A DNA stretch of 62,912 nucleotides, filler included, from Rhabdomonas costata (Eukaryota), in the NCBI GenBank assembly GCA_019059605.1. It is 30 parts of 30 records of this genome, joined end to end, with 100 filler letters (N's around TTAATTAATTAA, not from the genome) between each part and the next. Parts side by side here need not be neighbours in the genome. Positions count along the whole stretch, not along the records: positions 12,608 to 14,608 come from JAHMHO010006545.1; positions 14,709 to 16,716 come from JAHMHO010006546.1; positions 16,817 to 18,817 come from JAHMHO010006547.1; positions 18,918 to 20,918 come from JAHMHO010006548.1; positions 21,019 to 23,027 come from JAHMHO010006549.1; positions 23,128 to 25,129 come from JAHMHO010006550.1; 24 more parts are not named here. One strand, written 5' to 3'. A model generated the notes under the pieces. It was given only the letters and a program-made list of their open reading frames with translations. It was not told the origin of the DNA and made no database searches. Positions 12,799-24,733 of this stretch are shown one piece after another. The position numbers and the translations under genes are program-made. Numbering within the stretch: position 1 is the stretch's first letter; each line of letters opens with the position of its first letter.

Positions 12799-14497
12799 AT
12801 GACTCGGACCAGAGGGCTCGCACCATTGCGGCGCTCGTTGCAGAGATAGCGCAGTGGAACCCAGAGTTTCCCTTGAAGCTCTCCCTCTACCTCCGCGATG
12901 ACCTGAACATTCGCAGGTTGTGTGCCTTTGTCTGTGTCAGTGCTGTGCTTGGAAATGTGCAGTATTACAAGAAGGCGTGGTCGGAGGTTCACTTGCGCCG
13001 GAGCGGTTGCGTGAGGGGCCCAAACACAGCAGCATCTTTTCATAATCTATTTTATGGCCGCTGGAACCAGAAAAGTGAAGTGAAAACCGGTGAGGAGATA
13101 ACCCTGGTGAACATTTTACTACCACCATTTCCCTCATGCGCCATTACACCGAATGCGATGGTCCCACCTGCCACTCACTTGCTGATTTTCTCTCAGCACG
13201 GCCAACTTTGTGCTGGCGTTGTCTGCAATGGCTGAGCCCTGTCGGCCCTACCTGAAGGTGTACCTTCCGGCCATCATTCGATTGCCGTCGGACTGGATTG
13301 AAGTCGCGAAGTACGTTCCCGGTCCCGCTCCCCCCTTTTGCACGGTGTATTTTTCCGGAGAAACAGTGGGTCTACCTTTCGTTCCCATGTAGAGGTATCC
13401 GCTGTATTTATATTTTGTATTGGGGTAAACGGCACTCAGATCCCCAGTCGAGCGAGTATATCTTTTGCGCTGGCGCCGGATGTATTTTTTGTGTTTTTTT
13501 TTGGCGGGGGGGGCTGCATCCGTTACATGAACAATAGCTGCAGACTCTTTTCTACTCTGACGACATTTTTCGGGTTGTGCGTTGGACAAGCACTTTGCTG
13601 TGGGCTTCCCAAAGGATGTGGCGAAAAGTCACGGCGGATGATCCCAAGGGGCTTCCCGTAGCTCTTCGAACGGCAATGGCGGAGAAGTTTGCGTGGTTTG
13701 TGGAGTTCTCTCTGGCGAAGTACAATAAGGTTTCACTTCCTGCTGGGCGTGACTCTGCTCAGCTCTTCCCACCACTTTTATTCCGTAACAGTTTGATTCA
13801 CAGAATTTTTCCGTCCTCAGCACTCTTTGCGTTCTGCATGAGACGGTATGGATTTCAGTCACACCCATATCTGAGGGCAGTGTTCTCGGCTCTGGTATAT
13901 TGGTGACGCTTGGTGAAATTTTGATATTGTTTTTACATAAACACCTCTAAATTCGTGTGTGAATATTTTCGTGAATTGGCTTTGCGAGAAAAGAAGCGGT
14001 GTTGCTTTGGAAAACTTTGTCAGTCACGTCCTTTCCGGTGGAAAGGGATCAACTCCACGCGAAGCTTGGGCGTGCGGTGGGGTCACGACGTGAGTCTAAA
14101 AATTACGACCTGTTTTCGCTTCAACTCGTCCTGCCTAAATATTGAGCTTTCCCCCGACGGTTTCTAGCCTCTGGTCGTCCCGTCCTTGCCCTTCCTCCAG
14201 GCCGGACGCCCTGTCGCAGCTCTCACCCGACCAAGGCACCCTTTCCGTCATTACCCCATTTCAATCCACTCTCACTTATAAGGGATATTGCTCTTCTCCC
14301 CTCCGCCCGTGGTTGATGAGCACCCCCTTGCTACGAGCACGCCCTGCACCGAATCCGAGAATGTGGTCTTTGCGATTGTACCGCTGTGCCTTGTTTCTTG
14401 CTGCGTGCCTCTGAACTTTTTTAACAGGAGAAAAGCATTGCCAAGAAACACAAACGCGATCGTGGTCGTGAGGGGGAACCCTCATCTGCCAGCGAAG
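12799..14497 (+). CDS. TEP1: TEP1/p80-like TROVE-domain protein (exons 12799-12916, 13197-13310, 13615-13729, 14428-14497)
   Basis: NPEFPLKLSLYLRDDLNIRSTANFVLAL...CRPYLKVYLPAIIRLPSDWIEVAK...LPVALRTAMAEKFAWFVEFSLAKYNK closely parallels the TEP1 TROVE domain. Splices are in phase. Confidence 0.88.
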
Positions 14498-15217
14498 GTG
14501 AGAAAGGCGCCACCCGCCACCCCTTGGAGACTCTGAAGCAGGTGCGCGGTGACAACACGCCGGTTCTGAAGGGATATACACACAACCCTAGCGGCATTTT
14601 AAAGCGTTNNNNNNNNNNNNNNNNNNNNNNNNNNNNNNNNNNNNNNNNNNNNTTAATTAATTAANNNNNNNNNNNNNNNNNNNNNNNNNNNNNNNNNNNN
14701 NNNNNNNNAGGGGGGGGGGGGTGCTAAAATTTGACAACCCTGAAGTTTGAATGGCCTGAACCACTTAACGGTTGCTCTGAACCCCATTCTGCGCCCACAA
14801 GCGAACAGGATTATCATCGGACACAACTGAGCAAAGAAGCAGGCTCTTCCATAATTCTGTACACCGTCCTATGACACAAAAGCAAGGAAAGAGCGCAGGC
14901 ATGAGCTTACAAAGGGCACGCGACAGGGAGGTCAGGGGTCAGTGGGTGCGCGGGGCACCATCGCTGAATGCCCACAGGCAGCCAGTTGGAGTGGCGAGGG
15001 AGCCCCCCTTCATGGGCCAAGCTGCGCACGAAGGGGAACCACATTCCAGGCAACAGGAAATTGGAGGACACAGCCACAGTGTTGCGAATTTCCGCATTTT
15101 CAGCACAGAGAAAGAGAGAGAGAGAGCAAAAAAAGCCTGGCGCAGGCTCAGGCGCGGGCCACCCGAAGCCCTGGCCTACACTTCCCCTTTCCCAGTAGGA
15201 AAAAACACAAAAACGAA

Positions 15218-15245
15218 CGTGTGTGTGTGTGTGTGTGTGTGTGTG
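15218..15245. repeat. (TG)n microsatellite
   Basis: Seen directly. Confidence 0.9.
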
Positions 15246-15992
15246 CGGAGGGAGGCACTGTGGTTCAGAATCTCGAAGTCTTGAGAAGTGAGAGGGGAGG
15301 GAGAAAGTTTCAGAACCACGGAGTGGTAATATGACTTTTTCTGCCCGACCCCTCCCAAAGAGGGTGATCACCCTACCATCCCCACCACCAACCACCACCA
15401 GGCATCACCTCGTTTCGTGGGGATGCTCGCGAAGAGGTGAAAAGGTGGCGTTATACACAGAGAGCGAGGGCGCGAGACCTGAGCATCGCCGGGAACGGGA
15501 TCCTTGTGAAGAAGCACAAAGGGTGCCAAGCACCTAGCCTTCTCTCCTCAATCCTTTTCCCCCTCCCATGCCTTATTCTCTCGCCCAGCGGTGGGGGTCA
15601 CGAACGTACAGAAGCAAACATGCAAATTGGTCATGCATATGAACATCATACACACACACCCAAAAAAAAGTAGGCACGATTGAAGGTCTCTCACTGGTCA
15701 GGCCTGAAAAAAGCAACTCATAAAAACGAGTGCTGACCAACATCAAAGAGAGCTAGGGACGCCGATTCTCAGAACCGGAAATATCATAGACTACAGCAGA
15801 ACAGCGGTGCGCTGGTAGCAAGTTACTTCCAGACTCATCCCTCCTCCCGACCGCGGCACCGCATCCCATTCGCCCGTTTCCGCAGGAAGAACACGGATGG
15901 TCACGACTACAGCAGCAGAGAGGTGCTGCAAGAGCTGTGGGTCAGCGTGTGTAAATACTGACCTATCGTTGATGAAGATTGAGGTTAAACCC

Positions 15993-16527
15993 TCAGACGC
16001 ACCCCCCTCCCTCCAATCCAAACCAGTCCGTATTCGCGCATACAGATCATAATTGTATATTGTCAATATCAGCCTTGTTTAGAGATTGAAGCAGTATCAC
16101 GTTTCCATACCTCCCGCTGCGGCAGAGCCGCACGATTCGTCACCGCGGCCGCTGGCCATCACCGCTAATAGTCTTTAATCTGCAATATCTTGGGAATCGT
16201 TTTGCACCCATGGCAACTTTCATCCTCGAAACGCCAGCGTGTATTCCAAAGTTATATTCTTAACACAAGGGCGCTCAACGGGCGAGTTGCAGGAAGCATC
16301 TGCAATCTTGGGCCGCTCCAGCGCGTTCCAGGGCCCAAAAACAATTGGGCAAGTTAACCTGCCAAAAAATATTCGAGAGGAATCCCGGGGGGGCCACGGG
16401 GACACCTAAAGGGATGTGCGTCACTATCAGATCACATCTGACCTGATGCGGGAACCCAATCACTTAAATTCAATGTCTTTCAACAGTGATCAGTTTCCAA
16501 CAGCGCATGGGGGGGGGGTGCGTCTGA
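15993..16527. mobile_element. Candidate MITE with 15-bp terminal inverted repeats
   Basis: tcagacgcacccccc (15993-16007) and ggggggtgcgtctga (16513-16527) are perfect inverted repeats around a non-coding-looking interior. No clear TSD. Confidence 0.45.
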
Positions 16528-17298
16528 AGGACATGAGGGACAGAACCCCAGGATTACAAGATGTACTGCGGTGGGAGGCCACAGCCCACAAAAAAAATGC
16601 CCACAACATTCGCAAGTAGGGAAGAGGTGACGCGCCACGAGCTCGTGTAGAAATCCTCCCGAGAACAGGCGCGCCAAACGGGGGCAATCGAGGGAAAGAC
16701 TTGCGCTGGTAAACAGNNNNNNNNNNNNNNNNNNNNNNNNNNNNNNNNNNNNNNNNNNNNTTAATTAATTAANNNNNNNNNNNNNNNNNNNNNNNNNNNN
16801 NNNNNNNNNNNNNNNNTTTTGTCGAGACTGTTATGGACGGTGAATACCATGGAGCTCGAGAAGCTCAATGAGATGTTGCTTTTCAGGTGTTCAACGTCAA
16901 CAAGTGAGATTCAGGGATCGAAATGAGCACAGTGAAATCAGGGGCGAATAAGGGGACGTCTGTTTGAGGAAGCACGGATGGGCGTGAGCTAGCATGGACC
17001 CAGGCTGTGCCGAAGCGTCGCATCTTGGCTTTTTTGCATTCGATTTCGACTTTGCCACCAACAGGGCAAATACGCAAGAATGCACAAGTGGTTGAGCAAG
17101 GCTGGTGCGGCTTGAGGTGATAGCATTTGGGTATGCACAATCAATGAGACCATTCCCGTAATAGCATTCGCGCAGCGCCACTCTTGAACACCCCGCAAAG
17201 TTCCCACGTTCCGCTTTGAACTCTTCCGCGCACATGAAACGCCACTTCTTTCCAGATTTCCCCACCGACGGCGGCGAGGGGGGGGGGCAGACAGGCAC

Positions 17299-18139
17299 CT
17301 TCCGTTGAGGCCCATGTACTCGTGGCCGTAGGTGAAGGTCCCCGTGCACTGGCGGATGAGGCAGTTATCCGCAGTACGGTCCCAGTAGAACCGGAGCTGG
17401 CTCTCCCACTCGAACTCCCGGGGGTCCATCACGCTGTCCCTCACAAAGCGGTCCACGATGTCCCTGGCGTGCACGTCGATGATGATCATCGTGTTGACCT
17501 TCTTGCGGAACTTCTTCTCGATGGGCTTGTCCATCTCCCCGACCAGGTCGTTGAGCTGCCGCGTCAGCTTCATGGCGAGCTCCTACGAACCGAGTACCAC
17601 CCTTACCAAACGTCTGCAGGGTCGGGAAGGTATTCTCTTGAAGGCAATGATCCCGCTCCATGAATTCGAAATACCTTGCCACTGCTGAGAAACCAAAAGA
17701 GAGAGAGAGAGATCCACAGTCAGGGGCTACCCACGTCACAAATCCCTGTTGTCAACCCTTGCACAGCCCTCCTTTAGAACTTTCTCTGTGTGTGTGTGTG
17801 TGTGTGTCTCCGCCTCTGCGCTTATATCTTGGTATCCTCACGAACGGTTAGCATTTCTGTTCGGTTTTGGGAGCGGGACACCTTGACGGCCTGCTTCTTG
17901 CCCTGCTTGACCTTGCGGAAGGCGTCCTCAACCTGGAAGGTCCACCAAATGCTGGAGCCGCAGCACGCCACCATGCCGTGATACTTCTGGATCCACTCCA
18001 GGCGGTCCGAGCGGGGGTAGAAGAAGGTCCCCTCCTTCAGGATCCTTCGCAGGGTCTTCATCGACTCCCCCAGCACCACCGTCAGCCACTTCTCCACCGG
18101 CGCGTTCTCCGCAGAGACCGGGGTCAAGAAGGTGAGTAC
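17299..18139 (-). CDS. DNAH10: Axonemal dynein heavy chain, DNAH10/I1-alpha-like (exons 18139-17882, 17582-17299)
   Basis: VEKWL...SIWWTFQVEDAF...RKKVNTMIIIDVHARDIVDRFVRDSVMDPREFEWESQLRFYWD...FTYGHEYMGLNGR, the linker just before AAA1. The subtype is less certain than the family. Confidence 0.92.
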
Positions 18140-19831
18140 CTGGCAAGGTGTGAGAAAAGCAGAGGAAAACCCCCGACTTAGCATCTTTAACCATTCTTTT
18201 TTTTGAGGTGGTGGTGGGGGTAAACGTTATAATCCCGTTACTCGTACTAGCATCGCCACGTAGGACCGAAATCTACCTCCAGCAACAACCCCGCCACAGC
18301 CGCCCGCTCCGAACAACCTGCCCTACTTGCAAGCAAAAGCCCAGCAAGGCATCAGTTCTCATCAATTATGGTAACCAACGAGAAAGACCCGGAAAGGCGG
18401 AAAATCCATGAACGCCGCAATACGTTATTTTGTATACGGTATGACGCTGTTATACAGTATAACCACGGCAAACCGTTTGACGCCCCCCCCCCCCACCTCC
18501 AAAGAAAATAGACCGGACCGGTATCTTTGGTGAGCTGTTGCCTCATTCCTCATTGCGACGCACTGACGAGGGCTAAGCCCAAGCAGGCCTGGGGTCTTTT
18601 GCATATACCGTTGACTCCTGAGCCGCTTATCAGCTGCATTGTCGATTTTGAAGTCAACGGAGGTACACTTTGGCGGACGCGTGATCTTCCTCGGCACCCT
18701 TGCATGCACGGTAACGTAAGGGAAGGGTCCTTTTACTCAAGGAAGAAGCCCAACGCACCTGAGAGCCCTTTGCTGTGCAGCCTTGTGACGACGGTGCACA
18801 AAGCCATCACCACAACANNNNNNNNNNNNNNNNNNNNNNNNNNNNNNNNNNNNNNNNNNNNTTAATTAATTAANNNNNNNNNNNNNNNNNNNNNNNNNNN
18901 NNNNNNNNNNNNNNNNNGGTGGTGGGTCATCTGGGTGAAAAAAATCGATCTCTCGAAATTCGGTCTTTGCTGTTTCGTTGGCCTCAACGGGGGTATTTGA
19001 AAAAAACCCCAGAAAACCATGTGGCACCGAAGCTCAAATATTTTCGTAAACCATGCCACGCCGAAGGGTCCGCTTTATCGAAGCATCTTTGGTAGGGCCC
19101 TGCGCGCTGGGCCCATACTTGCGTACGAAGAAATGGCAATGAGATGGCAATTTAGATTGCAGATTGAAAGTGCCTGATCAGTTTCCAATTTAAGGGGGGT
19201 GGTCTTGGTGACCGAATCCCTCCCACCCTTCCACAAGATATTTTTGTTTTGGGTCCTCTCCGCCTCAGACGTCTCCGCCCCCCAGTCTTTTGACTTAACG
19301 CTTCAAAAGCACAGGCACGCCTAGCACCATTCGCCAAGAAGGTTCACTCTTCGAGCGATAGGCGAGCCCACTCCCGTGGCGTAGGTGTCGATGTTCCGCC
19401 AGCTTGCCTCAGCCTCGCTGCTGCGAATGGCTGCGAATGTGTGAGGCAACATTTTGAGTCTTGGCACTGCCGCCACCGCGGGTTCACTCTTGGACAACGA
19501 ATAAAGAAGAAGCCCACGGCGTGACATTTTTGTGTTAGTTTTCCAATTCTGCTCTTTTTTGAGAAATTAGTGAAGTCGGGCTGTCCTGGAACGTTCCCAA
19601 AATGAGATTTCATTGTGAGCGAGCTCCGCAATGTCATTTTGATTGGTTATTATTGCAATTGGTTCAAACAAGTTTGAGAACGAAAAAAATAAGCATCCAA
19701 TAGTTTCCACATCATTCAGCAGCTGACAAAACTCGATTTAAAAAGGGGCCCATGACTGTTGAAAAAATGGACAAAAATTGGAGTTCTTGCATACAAGTCC
19801 TCTCTCGTTCCCGTTTCCCCCCTGTTATGAT

Positions 19832-19871
19832 GGGGTCTCAAGGAGAGTTTCGGGTCTCAAGGAGAGTTTCG
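19832..19871. repeat. Short tandem duplication (gggtctcaaggagagtttc x2)
   Basis: Seen directly. Confidence 0.8.
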
Positions 19872-20374
19872 AAAATATTCAACTTCCACTCGCAATGACC
19901 ATATTTCCCCCCTTATTTTCGACTATTTTTGCCCTTTTGGGGGCCCATTTTGCCTGGTTTTGCCCTACTTTAGGGTATTTTTCACTCCAAGTGATGCTCG
20001 AGTCCCCCCATACAGTGATTAAGGAGTCCGAAACCTTGATGGCAGAATGTCCCATCGGGACTTGCGCCTCGCTGGCCTAAATATTGCCCAGTCAGAAAAG
20101 GGAGCACCGAGTTTCAGAATTATTGTCCACTTCAAAGCCCCTTTTTATTTTTTAATTTTGTCAGCTCTTCCGCGTGGCTACTCAGACCCTTTTGGGAATT
20201 GGTGAAGCCCGTGAGGCCTCTCGGCGAGAGGGTGCCGATTCTGCACTTTCGACTTGTCGTGGCACCAATTTTGCACCAATTTTCTACTTTCCACTTTGTC
20301 TTGCGCAGGTCTTTTCAATCTTCTGCCTTTGGAGAGCACTCAGTTGCCCAGGTGTAAGTACCTCTCTCGACAAA

Positions 20375-20914
20375 ATGAAGAGGTTGCCTACCTTAGGGCT
20401 GCTTCTTTGGGCGATGGTCCTTGGCTGCCAAGGCCTCGTCCACCATCGAAGCCATGAGCTGGGCTTTCATCCCACGGTGCTTGGGGAGAGCGACGAGCTG
20501 GTGGTGGTGGTGCAGGCCAACCCCTCGACGGGGTATGGGTGGGAGCCCCACTTCGACGACCGCGTGATCGCGCACAAGAGCTCGTCGTGCGTGTACGCGC
20601 GCAACGACATCGTCGGGCAGCCGTGCGACCTGAAGCTTTGGTTTGTGGGGGCTTCGGTGAAGAGCTCGACGAACCTGACGCTGCACTACCGGCGGTCCTG
20701 GGAGAAGGCTGCTCCGCTGCGCACGGTGAGCATGCCGGTGACCTCGCTGAGGCCGTACCGCGGCACCCGGGATTTCGCGCCAGCCCAGGCCCCTGCGCAG
20801 TTCTCGCCCAACATCACCCGCTCGCAGTCCGGGCACCCTTTTGTGGCTCCCCAGGCGTACCCCTCGGTTTACGACCCCCGGACGACCACGGGCTTCCCTC
20901 CTATTAAGAACCAG
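20375..20914 (+). CDS. Signal peptide + chagasin (I42) inhibitor domain + start of a papain-family (C1A) protease domain; first exon
   Basis: MKRLPTLGLLLWAMVLGCQG signal; chagasin loops NPSTGYGW, IVGQP and YRRSWE; then YPSVYDPR...FPPIKNQ|gt, which matches the mature papain N-terminus (LPxxxDWR...TPVKNQG). Confidence 0.8.
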
Positions 20915-22378
20915 GTGTNNNNNNNNNNNNNNNNNNNNNNNNNNNNNNNNNNNNNNNNNNNNTTAATTAATTAANNNNNNNNNNNNNNNNNNNNNNNNNN
21001 NNNNNNNNNNNNNNNNNNGGTGGTTTCCCAAGAACCTTCCCCCAGTATAGGCAGGAAAACGCGAGCAAACCCACACCACACAAACAGTTGAAGACCAACC
21101 TGAACAAGACTTTGCTCGCGCTTTCCTGCCTATACTGGGGGAAGGTTCTTGGGAAACCACCAGGAATATGCCGTTCGAAGGATTCCAGCATGTCAACGTT
21201 GAGCTCTTTCTGTGAGAGCAGCCGGATCGGGGGCTCGGGGTGCTCACTTGCGCATCGCTATTGTGCAATGTCTCAACGGTCATATGCGATTCACGCCAGA
21301 GAGGAGGGAGAAACAGGAGAGAGCAAAGAACAAGCAAGAAGCTGCGAAGTCTCCTCTGCTTTAGACATGCTGCATCATCGCCTGGCATCGCTGGTGCCCT
21401 AAAACTTACCTGGACTCGAAGAGCTGGATGGCCTGCAGATGGGCCAAGTCATACACCGTCGGGGCATAGGGATCCGCCGGAAAGTAGTCCACCACAACCG
21501 TGCGGCCGGGGTAGTCCACCGTCTGCTGCTACAGAAGCACGCAGTATCAACCGCAAGTGCAACAAACCAGTTGCTGGGTTATTGGTTTGAGTGAGTGGGA
21601 CAGGTATACAACAAATCGGCTCAGCCAATGACGCCACGAAACGCACAAAGCTTGTGGACCCCAGAAAAGGATCGTAGCGATTTCCACACTGCCCTGCATC
21701 TTGTCGCTATCCAATGAGATGGTCAATAGCAAAAGAAAGCGACACCCAAGGGCAAACAGCGCTGCGGCAGCGGTGGCCTGCTCGACACGTACATCACGCG
21801 TAAACTCAGAACACACGCTCGGTAGCATGAGTACGTCTGACACGCACAGGTGCCAGCCCATCGGCATTTCAAAACGCCCCAAGGACTTCAACTGAAAACT
21901 CGTAACATGCTTAAATCGGCGCTTCGGCTTCGGGGTGTAACTAACCTTACCACCACAAAAAGGATGGGCACGGCAAACCATACACAAACGTCAAACACGC
22001 GACTACTACAAGGCGCCACACCGTATTGTTTGAAGTCGCCCGCCCCGTCCCCAGACAGCCGAGCAGGGTCAGAACGAACAACCCCCAGCGCACCACGCAA
22101 ACCCGGAAGCAAGGGGTCTCCTCCATCAGCTCAAAAGTGCATCAAAGATCAACAAACTACTGAAGAGGAACGGAGAAAGCTGCAGTCCTCGAAACAGACA
22201 CCTTCTGGGTGCTTCTTTTTTACGTCCTCAGATGTCCATCTGAGAAAGGGGAATTCAGAAGACGCTGTCTCCTTCGCTGGTGTGTTCAAAGTTACAGCAG
22301 TGAACGTGAACCGCTAACGCAACTTTGATTGAATTTGGGCACCATGCATTTTGAACACATTCACTCACTACACACCAC

Positions 22379-22444
22379 ATGTATACACATGTGTACACAT
22401 ATACACATATACACATATACATGTATACACAGATACATACACAC
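22379..22444. repeat. Degenerate (TACACA/TA)n simple repeat
   Basis: Seen directly. Confidence 0.85.
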
Positions 22445-22475
22445 AAAGATTGGTGCGACGGAGAACACTGGTACG

Positions 22476-22549
22476 GAATCCATATCATGCCCTAACACGC
22501 TGGTCTCGATTAGGTGTTAGGATGAAGGCATCTCTGGCCCCACCCCAAC
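22476..22549 (+). repeat. 74-bp dispersed hairpin element, copy 2
   Basis: 63/74 identity to the reverse complement of 1428-1501. Stem cctaacac/gtgttagg. Confidence 0.8.
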
Positions 22550-22685
22550 GAGGACTTCACCTGTGGAACAAGGGGACCAGCGGGTACCTGGTTGGGAACA
22601 TAAGTTGCTTGAAGATGACGTCTCGAGCAGTCTCGAGAATAAGACTTGCTGACTGAGAAAGGTCCGTCTCTCTCAAGAACATACA

Positions 22686-22688
<3 letters not shown>

Positions 22689-22734
<46 letters not shown>
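22689..22734. repeat. (CA)n microsatellite
   Basis: Seen directly. Confidence 0.95.
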
Positions 22735-22737
<3 letters not shown>

Positions 22738-23127
22738 TCAAAGCCCGTATGCTAGGGCCAACGGGAAGCCAAAGTATTCGCAGACGCACCAGGGCGAAGA
22801 GTCAGTGAGGCAGCCTCGAGGTACCGGAGGCTCAGCGGAAGAGGTCAGGAATAGCCCGTAACGCAAAGACAGAGCGAGGTGCTGGAACGGCGACGCCTGC
22901 AGATACCGGTGCTGCCCGTTCACCCATCCGAAAGAAAAGCTCCAAGAGGCGTTCCCGCGAGAAAACGCCCCAGCCCCCCAAGGAAGGAAGGAGTGGAGTC
23001 GCAGAGACCTGAGCCGCAATGGAGCAANNNNNNNNNNNNNNNNNNNNNNNNNNNNNNNNNNNNNNNNNNNNTTAATTAATTAANNNNNNNNNNNNNNNNN
23101 NNNNNNNNNNNNNNNNNNNNNNNNNNN

Positions 23128-23232
23128 ATCATATCATATCATATCATATCATATCATATCATATCATATCATATCATATCATATCATATCATATCATATC
23201 ATATCATATCATATCATAAGATATCATATCTT
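23128..23232. repeat. (ATATC)n pentanucleotide satellite at contig start
   Basis: About 18 perfect ATATC units, then degenerate. Confidence 0.95.
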
Positions 23233-23790
23233 ATCTTAACCCTATCTTGCACAAGTATGTCGGATTAGAAGACAGACGAGAATAATGACTTTGCATGTAA
23301 TTATAGAAGATTTTCCCCACAAATCATCTGGACAAATCTTGAAGGTTGTTGGCAACAATAATAGGTAACATTTCAATGTCCCACCAAGGTAGCAGCAATG
23401 ACGTTTCAATTTCCTATGGTGCTCATTTTTACCAACGCATTTTAAGTGTAATTTGGACCGCCAACAAATACTGCAAGCTTGTACTGCACAACAACATGAC
23501 CCTCCATTTATGCAACTTAATCAACATGAGAACCTTCGCTCTGGCGATTGTGATAATAGCGAATAGCGCAGTCTTTCAGAGCCATTATTAAACTCAGCAA
23601 CACCCATATCTAGTTCGCTCAAGCTGACGCAAAAACACCAAAAACAAACAGCATCATAGATAATGATCCATTTTCAGTCATAAGTACTCAAACTGAAAAC
23701 AGCAAACCCTCTCGCTTTGAAAGCACAGATTCACAAGCATCACAAAACCCCAATTAGCGTGCGGGTTTTTTGTTCCTTCCTTCATTTCAC

Positions 23791-24399
23791 CTATTGAGGA
23801 CTTGGCTGGCATTGTTCCTTTTTCTTTTCGTGTCGGCGCCTTTTGGGACCTGCGAGCTTACTTTGATGGAACTCGCAAAACCCCGTTTCGAGGTACCTCT
23901 TCTTATTGAGGCACTTGCGCTTCACCTTTTGTTTGGTGTCTTCGTCGGTTACTTCGGTTTCTGCGTCGCACGTTTCTTTACTGTGCACGTTGCAAAACCC
24001 GTTGAACCTTTTTTTTCTCGCGCAACGGATGCCTCTGTCAACGTCTATTACGTGAGAGCAGTAAGGCCACGGATTGGGTGCGACTGACGAGGAGGAAGGA
24101 GGTAAAGACGGAACGGGGACATTCACATCGTCAGAAACACGCATACCCTTCAACACCACCTTCACAGTAGGTGATACCAAAGAGCCCGTGGAGGAAGAAC
24201 TCTCTAAAACCGTATTTACAATTGTGCCATAATCTCTGGGAAGGGCTGTACAAAAAGACCTCTGCCTTACAGGGGTCAGCTGTTTTACATTCCGCATCAG
24301 GTTCGGCGACCTCATCAGATCCTCCAGGTTGCTACAGGTGTACGGGATGATGAGCATCTTTCCCGAAACTGTCTCTGCATCAACGTCTCCAAGCAGATA
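23791..24399 (-). CDS. Unknown protein with two C-C-C-H putative zinc-binding repeats and a basic tail (terminal exon)
   Basis: Open frame from a tag acceptor near 24400. C-x11-C-x9-C-x2-H and C-x18-C-x11-C-x2-H motifs; KRRRHEKKK tail. Confidence 0.55.
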   Translation of the reverse strand, partial: YLLGDVDAETVSGKMLIIPYTCSNLEDLMRSPNLMRNVKQLTPVRQRSFCTALPRDYGTIVNTVLESSSSTGSLVSPTVKVVLKGMRVSDDVNVPVPSLPPSSSSVAPNPWPYCSHVIDVDRGIRCARKKRFNGFCNVHSKETCDAETEVTDEDTKQKVKRKCLNKKRYLETGFCEFHQSKLAGPKRRRHEKKKEQCQPSPQ

Positions 24400-24689
24400 C
24401 TAATTAAACAAGGCATGCCAGAATAACCACATCACATAATTTAGCAAAGAAAGCTCTGCTATCGGAACCATTGTCAAAGTTCATTCAACAATAATGCATG
24501 AGCCTGAATATTTTAGGATTTTTCCACAAGCAGACATGCTTTTCAAAAAGAAAATGAGAAGTACCACACTCTTTCAAAAGATCTTTTACTAACGTTCCAG
24601 TGCATGAAAAAATGTTTAACACGCCGTATTGCGGTTTCCTGCCATGTTCGCGGTCACCACATGAAGGTAAACCGGAGATGCTCCATCTT

Positions 24690-24733
24690 CGGAGCTGGAG
24701 CTGGAGCTGGAGCTGGAGCTGGAGCTGGAGCTC
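24690..24733. repeat. (GGAGCT)n hexamer repeat; possible poly-Ser in a minus-strand first exon starting at ATG 24747
   Basis: Seen directly. The minus strand reads MSATPSSSS...EDGASPVYLHVVTANMAGN. Confidence 0.75.

Noticed and set aside
21019-21161. 51-bp inverted repeat (21019-21069 / 21111-21161) at a contig start
   Set aside because: It begins exactly at the contig edge with a low-complexity spacer, so it is most likely a fold-back read chimera.
22488-22530. Twister-like start (TAACAC-GC) in the hairpin element
   Set aside because: It lacks the AAGC loop and the pseudoknot partners.
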